The notes below the pieces were generated by a model. The model was not told the DNA's origin and ran no database searches. It worked only from the letters and a program-made list of their open reading frames with translations. The position numbers and the translations under genes were made by a program. A DNA stretch of 63,092 bases, filler included, from Sphacelaria rigidula (taxonomy: Eukaryota), in NCBI GenBank assembly GCA_964200075.2. It is 11 parts of 11 records of this genome, joined end to end, with 100 filler letters (N's around TTAATTAATTAA, not from the genome) between each part and the next. Parts side by side here need not be neighbours in the genome. Positions count along the whole stretch, not along the records: positions 11,491 to 17,135 come from CAXNAA020025604.1; positions 17,236 to 22,880 come from CAXNAA020025605.1; positions 22,981 to 28,625 come from CAXNAA020025606.1; 8 more parts are not named here. The stretch is one strand, 5' to 3'. Below are positions 13,848 through 25,867 of this stretch, piece after piece. How positions within the stretch are numbered: position 1 is the stretch's first letter; the number at the start of each line of letters is the position of its first letter.

Positions 13848-16800
13848 TTCCAGCAACAGATCCTCCTACAGCTGCAATAACAGAGCCAGCAACAGCAGCA
13901 ACAGCAGCAACAGCAGCAACAGCAGCAACAACAACAGCAACAGCAACATCAACGACAGCAACATGCACAAGAGCAGGGGTCCGCCCCACTACGCCGACCA
14001 GACGCGAACACAGAGTTTCAGAATTTCTGGGGTGAAGCTGAGGACTGGAACGACTGGTCTCAAGCACATAGAGCCCAGATGACTGCACTGGGTTGCGTTG
14101 ATGTACTAAACGCCACCGAAGACGACGAATTGGAAGTTGGTCGAGGAGACTTCGACAGCAGAAGTTGCGACCCCATCAAATTGAGCAAGGCAAACCAAGT
14201 ATGGGTGTCGCTCATCACCAACTGCAAGGGGATCGCCCTAGAAATCGTCCAGGATTCAGTCTCACCCAGCCAGGCGTGGAGGCGTCTGATCCAGCACTAC
14301 CATGCCAGCGGGTACAAAGAGCGCAAGCGCCTCATCACTCAGTTTTACGGGCTGAAGATAGAACTCGAAGAGCACCCACGTGAGTACCTACTTAGAATCG
14401 ACCGTCTGGTCCGCGAACTCAAACGCATCGGCAGACCGGTCGACCCCAAGGACGTGAGCGCCCTGATCATTTCAGGGCTGTCCAGCCAATACGACGCCGA
14501 ATTCCGCATACTCGAACGTTCCGCAAACTGACCCGACCGAGACTGGATTGAACGCACAATCATGAACCAGTATGATCGCATGGAGAATGATGGAACAGAT
14601 GCTGGCCATCATGCACTTGTGACCACGAAGACAGCGGACGGTGGCGACAAACGTGGCTTATTCTGCGTCCTCTGTTCCAAGCCTGGACATGACGCATCCA
14701 CGTGTCGCAAATCCAAAGACGTTGCTCGTGGTAAGGAAGAAGAACGACGCAGCCATGGAAGCAACAACCGTGGCGGGAAACGGAGCACTACCCGCGAGAA
14801 AAACAACGCGAGTCGCCAAAATGGCCGCGCGGACACATCCCCTCGCGACGGAGAGTCGAAAACATCACGCGCAGGGTGCTACTCCTGTGAAGGTCCGCAC
14901 AAACCATCTGAATGCCCCAACCGCCCAAAGACGCCATCAACGTCAGGGAATCATCCGAGAAGTTTCCTGGCGAAGAGCACCTTAGGCGCTGGGCTCACTG
15001 CAAAAATGTCGAAGGCAAGCAACCGACTCGTCGAGGAAAACAAGGATGAAGAGTTCGGGGTGGCGGACAGCGGAGCAACTCAACACATGACGTCAAGCTC
15101 TGCATATTTTCAGGAATATCAGCCTGCCTCCCCTTCCGACCAAGTGGAAACTGTGGATGGCAAGCTGCTACGGGTGGCAGGCTATGGGCTCCTACAATTT
15201 CTCGTGGATCAAGAGTGCGGGGATTTCACCGGAGCTACGGAGGAACTCGAGTTGGCGCGAGTCACCTACGTACCCCAGCTCGATCAGCATAAGCTGCTGT
15301 CGGCAACAGAGCTATCGAGAGCTCCGGGCGCACCCTTAAGGATATACCCTGCGGCCGCCGCCATTTGTGCGTCACAAGATGCGCAGTCACTCACATTTCG
15401 AAGGCTCCAAGCGAGCTCCAACCTTCAACAAGTGAAGCTACGACGACGGCCTGCCGAGCCACGCAATCACACAAAGCACTCATCATCAGCGACGCTACTC
15501 AGCTCTAAAACGTCTTCACGAAACAAAATGGAGTTCCACGGCGCGCTCGGACACTCAGGCGAGGAAATCACTCGAAACACGGCGAAGATGGCCGGGATCC
15601 GCCTCACCGGAGAGTGGCAACCGTGCACCTCCTGCTCGGAAGCACGAGTGCGTCGATATTCGGTGCCAAACACCACCGAGACCCGCGCCAAGTCACGCGC
15701 TGGAAGATTCTACGTCGACCTTGCCGGCCCCTTCCCCAAACCTTCGCTCTCGGGGAAGCGCTACGCCATGCTGTGCGTGGACGATTACTCCCACTTCAAA
15801 ATCGTCCGTTTTCTCAAGCACGAGGGTCAAGCCGCCGGAGCGCTCATCGATATCATCGCTTCACATATTTCGCCAGCCGGCCTCAAGATCGGCATTATCC
15901 GCACCAACAGAGGTGGCGAATTTGAAGGAGAGTTTCAAAATCTCCTCAACAGCTTGAGCATCAAGCCCGAAAAAACGCCGCCGCATACACCGCAATACAA
16001 CGGAGTCGCTGAACGCGCGCTCGGCATTATGCGGGACAAGACAGTCGCCTTGCTTCGAGGACTTGAAGAAGGAAAAACGAATCGCCTCTGGGCCGAAGCC
16101 ATGCAATATGCATGTGACACGTCCAACATGTGCGTCACATCATCCCTCGACGAAGGAGTCACGCCGTACGAACTCTGGTACGGCAACAAGCCATCGCTTT
16201 CCGGGATTCTTCCGCTTGGCACCGTGGGCTACATGCGGCACCACAGCCCGCCCAACAAACTTGCGCCGGGCGGACATAAGCACATCCTGCTCGGAACGGC
16301 CATTGACCGCCCTTCACACACCTACCGGGTGCGCGACTTGACTACTGGATCAGTCGTCCTCAGACAATCCGTCATTTGGCACCCCTCCACTCCTCAGGCG
16401 CAAATGTCCACCTCCGCGAAGCCGGGGGGGGGGGAGCAAGCACTCATCTTCGCGCAGGTCGCCCTCACTATCTCCTCGCAGATCATTTAGCCTGCTACCG
16501 ACCATCACCGAGGAAGACGAGACAGAGTCTACAAACGCAGAGGAGCCGGCAGACACAGGCCCGGGCAACGAGATGCCTGTGGAACCAGATCTTCCGGGCG
16601 AGGCAGATGAACCGCAAGAAGTCGGCACGCAACGACAGCCAGCCGCCGTTAGAAGACTGGCGGACTATCACACCGGCGAGATACCGGTGATGCTGCCCAC
16701 CTGGACCCGGAGTGGAGGCCTGACCGCGCTGCTAAGCGTGGCACTCAAGGCGGAAACAGCGGCACTCGAGACTAGGAAGGTGGAAGACGCTATAGCCACA

Positions 16801-17039
16801 GAAGCAGCATCAATGGTCACGACGCCAAGCGAACTGCCGGAGGAACCGACGCCCCTGATACAGGCCCAAGAATCTGCGGAATGGCCACAGTGGCGCGGAG
16901 CGTTTCAGCCAGAGCTGGAGGGACAGCTCTCTCGTGGGGTCTGGGATACAGTAGACCGTCCCAAGGCAAAACTGTTCTTGGCATGAGACTCGTCTTCAAG
17001 AGAAAGATGAACAAGGACGGAGAGGTCGAGAAATACAAG
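13719..17039 (+). pseudogene. Ty1/copia gag-pol, inactivated; truncated early in RT
   Basis: Gag ATG at 13719 with polyQ; UBN2-like gag (SPSQAWRRLIQHY..LIISGLSSQY); zinc knuckles CVLCSKPGHDASTC and CYSCEGPHKPSEC; protease VADSGATQHM; HGALGH..CTSC; integrase VDLAGP..VDDYS..RTNRGGEF..QYNGVAER; RT start WPQWRGAFQPEL..VFKRKMNKDGEVEKYK. Order PR-INT-RT is copia. Several stops and frameshifts. Confidence 0.95.
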
Positions 17040-17135
17040 TAACAGCAAATTGTGCGAATTGAGGTTTAACTCTCAATTGAGGCTCAAGTGGGCAACCCGA
17101 CTTGCGACCTGTTAGTAGCAGAAGTACCGAGGACA
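17040..17135. mobile_element. Terminus of a DNA-transposon-like repeat (TAACAACAAATTGTGCGAATTGAGGTTTAAC)
   Basis: The same terminus occurs at 45788-45860 and, reversed, at 34471-34523. Each copy lies at a scaffold end and begins at a TA. Confidence 0.75.
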
Positions 17136-17344
17136 NNNNNNNNNNNNNNNNNNNNNNNNNNNNNNNNNNNNNNNNNNNNTTAATTAATTAANNNNNNNNN
17201 NNNNNNNNNNNNNNNNNNNNNNNNNNNNNNNNNNNATTTACGTGAAGATTTTGCCTCCCAGAACCGTGCACTTTTGGGGGGGGGGCTATCGTAGAAAGTG
17301 TCATTCAATTTTTTTTCACGTCCATCTATGTCTTTCTGTTCGAC

Positions 17345-17475
17345 TTTTTTTTGCTCCTTTCGTTTTCTTGAACGAGTGTTTCAGTTTGCTTTTCTTGGGT
17401 ACGCCTATCATGCGACCACGGCTGGACCCATGGGTGGTCAGTTAAGGTGCGACTATCAATCACTCGAATCAATCA
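17345..17475 (+). mobile_element. 3' tip of the RTE LINE family (heavily 5'-truncated copy)
   Basis: Matches the reverse complement of about 47968-48100 and ends in a (caat)-like tail. Confidence 0.75.
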
Positions 17476-17613
17476 AAACACACAGATACGAGACCCGGGC
17501 GAAGAGCTCGATACGACTGGTGTTCATCCGTCCGCTCAACAAGGCCGCACTACGGCAGAAACTCATGGGAGTACGGCGGCACGTGCACTGCGCCAAGTTG
17601 ACCGGGGGTCATA

Positions 17614-17921
17614 AACAATGTTTTCGATAGATTGAGAGTAGAGGATACGATTGAGAGAAAAAAGCGGTCAATTAGTGAATGAATCGTTACAGTTCCGAAA
17701 TGCCCCTCCGCGAGGCCCGATATTTTTTCTGTAGTAGCTTGCCACTACTGAAGCCCTTGATATCTCTGAGTTGGATATCGACGCGTAGCTGTATGTAAGC
17801 ACACGCCAGTGATGGAGGTAAAGAACAAGCACGCACTCAATGAAAAATTGGCCGAGTTAAAGGGGATGATCAAAGCCACCCTCAATCAGCGCTCTACTCT
17901 CAATCTCACGAAAACGTTGTT
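17614..17921. mobile_element. MITE with about 30-bp TIR (AACAATGTTTTCG..AGATTGAGAGTAGAG), flanked by TA
   Basis: TIRs visible at both ends, with TA at 17612-13 and 17922-23. A second copy in scaffold 9 is split by a LINE (47836-47970 plus 50219-50390). Confidence 0.85.
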
Positions 17922-19844
17922 TATGGCGGGTTCAACTCCCGCACTGCCTTGAGCAAAGCTTTCCGAAAGCTCGAGGCAGCTACCCCGCATGACTGCCGCG
18001 AGGCGGTCTGGCCGACCCTCCGGGTATTCGGCACATGAACCTCCGTTCGCGGGGTAGGTGCTGTGTGAGTCTCTTCCTTCCGTTGAGGAAAAAAAAACGT
18101 CACACGAAGACACACACACAACCGAACGCGCTCAGAGAGCATTCTTCTGTTTCTTAACTCGTTTCTGTAGTCGTTCTGACTTTGACCTCCAAATTCAATT
18201 CGTTTTCTTGCGTGCCGTAAAGCGTTTTTAGAGACTATTTTCCACTCTGAAATATATGTATATGTGTATTTATATAAACACGGCCGCTGCTTGCCTGCCG
18301 GTGCGTCATATTAAGGAAGTACGTTCAATTATCTCCCAACAACAAAAAAGTTACAACCTGTTGGGAAACAAAAAAGCGTCCCCCTGTAGTGTACTACTGA
18401 CTGACCTGACGAGGTGTTTACGATTATTGTTCTTATTGTGGACATTTCGAGGCAAAAAAATCCAGCATAATAACGTTGTCCATCTTTGCTTACATGATAA
18501 AACAGAAAAGAAGGAATGACAAAAATGGAAGTGAACTAAGAAAAAAAATAGCAAATACACCCTGGCCTAATAAAAAAGAAGAAAAAACAAAGAAAAAAAA
18601 CAGGACGAAACTAAAGAGAAAAAAAACGCGCACAACACGGATGTCTTGAACTCCTCAAGTGGTGCATGACAAAAAATGCGTTACTGCACTTCTGCCTGCA
18701 ATATACCATACCCACCATGTACTCCTCTCATTACAGGAGACAGGGGGAGCCTGGCACGACAGTAGAGCAACACGCGAGGGTCATGATCCATGATCCAACC
18801 ACCATCTCGCGGGAGACGGGATTGACACAAGTCACGGTACAGGCCAGCGCAGGAAGCCCATCGGCCTTGCGTACGGTTTTCCGGGCGAACTTCAAAACTA
18901 TCAAGGCTGGCTGCGTTAGCGTTGGCGGCCTGCTGCAGCTTCTGACAGTCCCGTGGAGGGTGACAATATTTTAGGCGAGAAAATCCCTCGCAGGACGCTC
19001 GGGCTCTCAGGCACCACCACAATTTCGCGGATCTTCTTATTAGATCCAATAGGATCGCAACAACCTTCACACGCCATTGCCAATCTCCAAAAGACTAGCA
19101 GAATCTCAAAATCGCTGTAGGCCAGGAGGCGCTCACGAGGTTAACCTCCCCCGTCCCCCCCCCCGCCCCTCCCCTCCACCCTCCCTTGTGCTATTCGGGC
19201 GACACAATGTTTCCATTCGTGTTCTCTGACTCGTACGAGTAATCGTTACCACCCTCTTCGCCCTATCATATACCACTGGAAATCGCCATGTATGTCTATT
19301 ATTGACTACTCAAAACGTGGCGCGCGGGGGGGGGGAGGCATAAACAGAACGGGAAATAGAGATGAAAAAGAGCACGGCACTTCGTTGATATTTAATACCG
19401 CAGGAATTTATTTTTTGCCCCCGAAGAGAATTCGTCGCAAGAAACGCACTATTGCTCGGCGTTTTGACGGTCGCTGAGGGAACAACAATAAAAAAAATAA
19501 AAAGGGGCACGCCGGCGAGTGGGGACAAAAGAGCGAGACAGCGGTGGGGGGCGGGGGGGTGGGACGACAGAGAAGTGAAAAAATTATAAAAACAAAAGTG
19601 TATGTTGACGTATATTTTAGGAAAATGACACATATGAGTGAAGCACTGTCACGTAAACGAAGGAGGTATTGTTCATTTTCATGTTATGGGCCATGATTAG
19701 ACAAAATGAAAAATTTAGGGAAAACCGTCAAGTACTGACTGAGGGTGAAATGGATGTCCACAACCAGATTTTTTTCCTGCAGCCAACGCCTCTGTGCTTA
19801 TATCATCTGGGCAGGGTGCATACATCCTTTAGATCTTCTTATGC

Positions 19845-20186
19845 ACCGATCCGGTGGTCTATATAATGTTCGAATGATCCGACTGTCACCATTAGAGTGG
19901 AGAGAACGTGGGTTCGACTTCTGCCACATGCGTTGCGTTTCCTCTTAAAAGTCGCTGATTTCCACCGTCAAGAGTGTGAATAACGTAAATCGACAACAAC
20001 ATTTTTTCTTGATTGAGTTCGCTTGACGAGAGTTGAAAGGGTGCAGTAGTGCTGATAAAAGTCATGACCCAATCCGCGAGATGAAACTGTAAGGCGTGTG
20101 CGGGGGAGACATGGGTGGTTGATCCCTTGAGACCACGGACTTGTCTCGAGGAGAGGGGGGGGTCAAAGTGTGACGAGAAAAAAAAA
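19845..20186 (+). mobile_element. tRNA-derived SINE
   Basis: Degenerate A-box and B-box (gggttcgact), a shared body and an A-rich tail. Minus-strand copies at about 21322-21730 (head reads tggtgtgttgg...gggttcgattcc), 32105-32428 and a partial at 3680-3812. Confidence 0.7.
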
Positions 20187-21762
20187 CTGTCTCCTCAAGG
20201 CCAGACAGCTAGCAAGCCGCTGGTAGTGGGGAATGACCCATCGTGGACATTTTCTAGGGGATCGGAACAATGGAACCCCAGAACGTGACGAGCATGGTTT
20301 CCGCGTGGTGACGTGTCTTTTTTTATATATATATATATATCCGCGTCGGAAAGGTGATTTCCCGACAGGCACTTGCGACAAACATTTACATCTTATGTGG
20401 TGGTAGCCACATCACCCCGCCCCCTCCCACTTCCACTTAACCTCGACCTCAGCCTGGTCCGGCGAGAACCCGGCGTGCTCCGCCCCGGATTTGTAGGGGC
20501 GGACCCCCGATGGGGTTAGCGTATGTTGGCGATGATGCTGTAGAACACGCCACTCACTGCGGAAGCAAGGATACCAGGTTACCGGGGTTTTTTTTGCGCG
20601 CTTGCGTTTTTTTTCCGTTAACCATGATGGTGGTCGAGCTAGATCATGTTGTGCGGGGTGGGAAAACCTCAACTCCGCACAGTGGGGATGATCGTACTAC
20701 GTAGTGTTTACAGGGTGAGAAACCCATGGGGCAGTGTGGAGGCCGTCGCTGTCTCTGGAAGTGGCGATGCCAGAAAATTAGGGCAACTCATTGGAGGCTG
20801 TCATCCACATGCGAGATAATCAGTAGGCCTCGGGCCGAACAAACTTAGCAGGATGCAGCTTGCTCTTCATGCGACTCGCCGAAAACACCACGGCGCTTCG
20901 CGCTTGGTAATTGAGTGCGAGCCTGGTCTGGCGAAAACCCGGCGTGCTCCGCCCCGGCTTTGTAGGGATGCGAGGTCAATGGTGAGATGACTGTGACATG
21001 CATGATCATGAGTACACCTGCCCCTCTTTGTCGGAAATATAACGAAATGCGACATAAAATTGCCCCCTCAATAAAACCTTTGAGGAAGTCTTCGAATCTG
21101 AATTTTCTACTGTAGGGTGGTAAGTTTACCTCTCTCTGGAACGGGCTCTTTTCCAAAGGTGGTGGTACGACTTCGGCCTGCGGGTCGTAAGCCTCGTACA
21201 CCAGCTGATCTCGCACTAGGCTGGCCGCCCGCCGATCCATTGCCGGAGGGATCTGGCGCAACAACCATGGATAAAAGCAGTGGTGAACGGTTTGGGTTTT
21301 GCGGAGGGGTTAAGCTGATCAGTTTTTTTTTTTTTCATGTATTTCATTTGTCGCAGTTTGAACTCCTCCCCTCCTCGGTGCTCCGTCTCGAAAGGGATGC
21401 GTGGTCAGTGATCGAACGACTAAGGCAAGCAACAAATGAGTGCGCTCTTCCTCGGGACGAGATCGTGGCCTCAAGGGATCAACCCATCTCTCCCCAGTAC
21501 ACGCCTTGCATTTTGGTCTCGCGGATTGGGTCATGACTATCACCACTCCCGCACCGCGTCAACTCACATCAAACAAACTCAGTCGACAACTTTGTTTACT
21601 CACGTTCTCACGCTTTCCACGGTGGAAATCAAATACTACGAAAACAAAAACCGACACATATGGAATCGAACCCTCGTTATCTTCATCCTAATGGCGACAG
21701 TTGGACCAACACACCACCGGGGCGCGGCGGCAAACATGTAAATAAGAACACAACAACAACAG

Positions 21763-21796
<34 letters not shown>

Positions 21797-22024
21797 GATA
21801 ACAACAAATACCAGCCATAACCACAACAACAATACCATCTCTACCAATACTGCCAATACTGCCAATAGCAAGAGGTCACGCAGTACGGTTGTTGCAACTC
21901 GTACACAGGGTACACAGGCTCCGCAGCAGTACTCTGAGTGATTCATAGGTTGGTTGATGGGCTGTTGCATATTGAACCCTTTTGGCGCGCGATAAAACTT
22001 GGCTAGAGTATTGAGGTCGTACCC

Positions 22025-22097
22025 CCGGCGGTTGCCCCGGTGGCTTGGCGGGTGAGCTCGAAACCTTCCGACGGTTGGGTCGTGGGTTCGAATCTCG
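22025..22097 (+). mobile_element. tRNA-like SINE head, second family
   Basis: ccccggtggcttggcggg..gggttcgaatctc; better-preserved copy at 63020-63092 (gccccggtggctcagttggt..ggttcgattcccgg). I could not fold a convincing cloverleaf. Confidence 0.55.
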
Positions 22098-22780
22098 ATG
22101 AAGTCACACGATCTTGGATCTTTTCAAGGGCAGGTCGAGGAGAGTCGTACTTGAAGTACATGAATTGGAGGTAGGATTTCAGGGATCGCATTCCCAGTTA
22201 TTTTTGGGGGTACGACTCCCAACACTCTAACCCTCACCCCAACCCTAACCCCAACAAAGGCACACCGAGAACCCTCGGGGAAGGGGGTGCGAAGTATTCC
22301 GTAGGGAAAACGTGCGTTGCCAGACCTCAAATCGGGTGCCTCGGGCGCCGATTTCGACAAAAATACGTTCTGCGCGCGCTAGGAGCACGCTTGGAGCACA
22401 ACCCCATTAAAGATCCGGATTTCGCTGTCCACACTAAAATCAACCATGGCACCCTCCTAGGTGGTAAAGTATACCGTGTACCAGCATATACTGCATTGTC
22501 TTCATGTGCAGTGGAAAAGCAAGGGCACTGTACGTTGTTTTCAGCCGCTAGTGAAAAACATCTGTCGATACAGTAAGGTGCACAGCAACAGAAGTGCGGT
22601 ATCGTAGAGTGCGGTCGAAATGACGGGGATATGACATGCAGTGCAACCTACAACACAATGTAGGAGGTGCGCCGGCAACGTTGCCATGAGCAATTTTGGG
22701 CGATCTGGGGGTGGGGGCTCATTTCTTGCTTGCCTTCGTCGTTTGACCATTGACTACGCATCCCTTTCCAGACGGACGAA

Positions 22781-22813
<33 letters not shown>

Positions 22814-23230
22814 TCCAAGGGGTGGAGGTGATATGGGAGTCCGCCCCCAGGGGCAAAACTTGGCCCGAAAAACCCCCAAANNNNNNNNNNNNNNNNNNNN
22901 NNNNNNNNNNNNNNNNNNNNNNNNTTAATTAATTAANNNNNNNNNNNNNNNNNNNNNNNNNNNNNNNNNNNNNNNNNNNNGACCGAAGAAATCGTGAATT
23001 TGGTGATTTTGAGTCATGATGATTTGTCCTAACCGTGGAATTGTTGAAATGACCACCTATTAGATCGAAAAATAACATGCCAAGGCACGGCATGAGTGGT
23101 TTGTATCGCAAGGAGTGGTGCATTAAAACACATGTCGGCACCATTTGGCCACACCTCGACCCTGCTCGCAGCCGAATCGCACGTTTCCCGCCTGTTTTCG
23201 CGTGTGCGCACTGTTCCGGCCGTTGCACAG

Positions 23231-25747
23231 TTTTGTGGCGTGATGTGCTGCCCGTGTTTAATGGGGAGGGACGGCTGTCGCGGCACGAAGAACCTTAACG
23301 TGTGGAAGCGGATAAGCAGACGAGCGGCTGTCATCACGTGCGCGGTGGACATCTTGATGTTTCTGCTGTCCGTTATTGTGAACGGCGGTTTCCAGGTATG
23401 ATGAGTGTAGTAAATATAGTATTCAGGATTACAGGTGCGCGCAGACGCTTGCTTGGCGGATCTTTGCGAATCAAAGCTGTTGCGGCGATTGGGTTATTTT
23501 TGGTATATGGCATACGAATGCTCAACGCGCTTGCTATACCCCGGCAGGATACCGTTCAGAAACGTCTATGCCTTCTCCAAGGTGCTTGCTCGTTGCTCCC
23601 TCTTGCTGACGAGTATCCGATGTTTGTGTGTATGTGGTGCTGTGCTTCGTGCAACGCATTTTCCGCAATTGAATCGTATGTTGTTTTGCGCCAGTTATAT
23701 TTTGTACTGTTTTGACCTCTCCGGCTCCTGATGTTTTTGCTCTCCCACGTCCTATATTGTGTGCTGGTTGCTTGCCTAACACCGTGCCGGCGATACTGGA
23801 CATCTTGATGGGATGCAGCCGATGTGGGGGAGAAATGACCCAAACCCGCTCTTGGGACCTTCGGCGCCGGTGAGAATCGTGGAACAGAATGTATGTTTGT
23901 CCAGAACGTTGCCGTAGATACCAGACACCTTTTTGAGTATGGATAATTAACAACCAATTGGGTATAGGGTCAGCATTCTCGTAAGGAGGCGCCTTTCCGC
24001 ACACAATGAGGCTCGTTCGAGTTTGGTGCTAATTTTCCTTTCATCCTTCGCTGAAGATAAATTGGTGCTAAACTTCCATACCGACTGTTGATCATCAGTA
24101 GCATAACTTGTCTAGCGTGCTGTAGCACTCGCCCTGGTTGACGCTGTTCGGGTCATTAGCCTTTTCGACATGCGGCTGTGCACTCGCACGTTGAACATGT
24201 AGAACATCCTTCGCTACCCCAATCTGTGAATAGTTTGAAAGTGTCGCTTCGGGTTGTGATGGCGACGACTGTAACTAGAGAAAAGTACCGTTTGGAGTGG
24301 TTTCTTGACTCTGAGGTAATTCCCTACTTGAGTCTTGACCACAGAGTTGACTTCAATATGCAAATTGTTTCATGTTTCGATGAGGCTTTCTTCACGCTCG
24401 TATCTGCTTTATCTTCAACATGGATGCCGCAGACGCTAATAACGCTCGGGGCGAAGCACCTGGTATTGATCCAGGAGGGACAGATATGGAGGCTGGTGAC
24501 ACCGATCCTACTGCACGGAGGCGTTCTGCACATCATTATGAATGTGATACATAATCCACTTTTGTTCTTGCGGTATTAATTTTTGGGGGATGCGCCTGCT
24601 TGACCCGTAGATTGCTATCATTGTACAATGCACTATTCCCTGATGTTTGCGACAGTATGAAATAGTCACGCTTGTTCACCTGAGTCATTGGCTTCCTCAC
24701 ATCTCCTCGACCAAAATCCCCGAGTGTCTTGATATAAATTGTTCCCTCGTGATTCTCATCCTCTACTTGCGACATTGAGGCTGTTGCTTTGTACATGTTT
24801 TGATCGATATCCTCGCCCCCCCCATCCCCTCGCGCACAACGCCTCCTTTTAGTTGACATCTCAATTCCGAATGGGAACGTTTTTGGAGGAGCGATGGGGA
24901 ACAAAGAACTGGCTGATTATCTACTGGGTCGGAGGACTGGGTGGCAATCTACTGAGTTGTGTGGCGTCTCCTGATAAGGTGGGTAGAATTATTACAATTC
25001 GACGGTAAGAAACAATAGCTCCCACCCTGGTATGTCCTCTTCATAGTACTCGACTGTCTCGAAACCATGACGTAGGTCCCGTGTCGGGAGTTGCAGATGC
25101 GCAGTACAAATGCAGGTTGACAAGTTGACTATTTTATGTTACAGTTTTTGTTTTTTCATGTCGACAGGTGGGCGTAGGTGCATCCGGGGCGATCTACGCC
25201 ATCATGGGTGGATGGTTGTCGCACATTACCTGCACATGGGGCGAGGAAGATGAATTCGACAAGTTCGGGCAAGCGGTGCAGGTGAAGCCGACATACGTCT
25301 CCCCTGCTTCATGGCGTGCAAGCCCTCTGGCAGTACACGAAAAAGAGTGTGTGGAAGATGTTGAAGTGACAACTCCGCATACAGTTCTGTGCCATGTTCA
25401 ACGGGCAAAATCTGCGCATCATATACAATATACAATTTCGGTGTGGTGTTGTTGCCGCCGCCGCTGCTATGCCCTGGGTTTTTGGGACGGCCCAGTGTAC
25501 AGTCGAGCTCGCATGATACACGAAACGTCTACAATACACAGCTGTATCGCCGCCTTTTCATGTGATACTAGTCATTATCGTGTATACTGTAAACATGGGC
25601 ACTCCCCAGCGCAGTGAGCCCGTGCTTAACCGCACCGCAGCGGTTCAGCGTCGTAACTACTGCATGCCCTTCTTCTTGCTCGCGCGCGCAGGCGGTCTTT
25701 TTCACCGCGCTGGGAATGGTGCTGTCGATTGCTCCCATCGTGGACTG
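23231..25747 (+). CDS. Rhomboid-family intramembrane serine protease, partial; exons 23231-23395, 23819-23869, 24433-24543, 24853-24978, 25168-25281, 25692-25747
   Basis: All exons are ag|..|gt and join in phase: FCGVMCCPCL..SVIVNGGFQ / PMWGRNDPNPLLGPSAP / TLITLGAKHLVLIQEGQIWRLVTPILLHGGVLHIIMN / LTSQFRMGTFLEERWGTKNWLIIYWVGGLGGNLLSCVASPDK / VGVGASGAIYAIMGGWLSH..AVQ / AVFFTALGMVLSIAPIVDW. WR motif, HxxxxHxxxN and catalytic GASG are present; the exon with the catalytic His was not found in this scaffold. Confidence 0.93.
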
Positions 25748-25867
25748 GTGAGGGCGGTGCTTCTTGCGATATGCTTGAAACGGGGAGGACTATTCTTTCG
25801 TTGGAAGATGACGACCACCCGGCACAAGTGGATCTAATGCGCGGAAAACAGACGCGCTCAGAATAGC

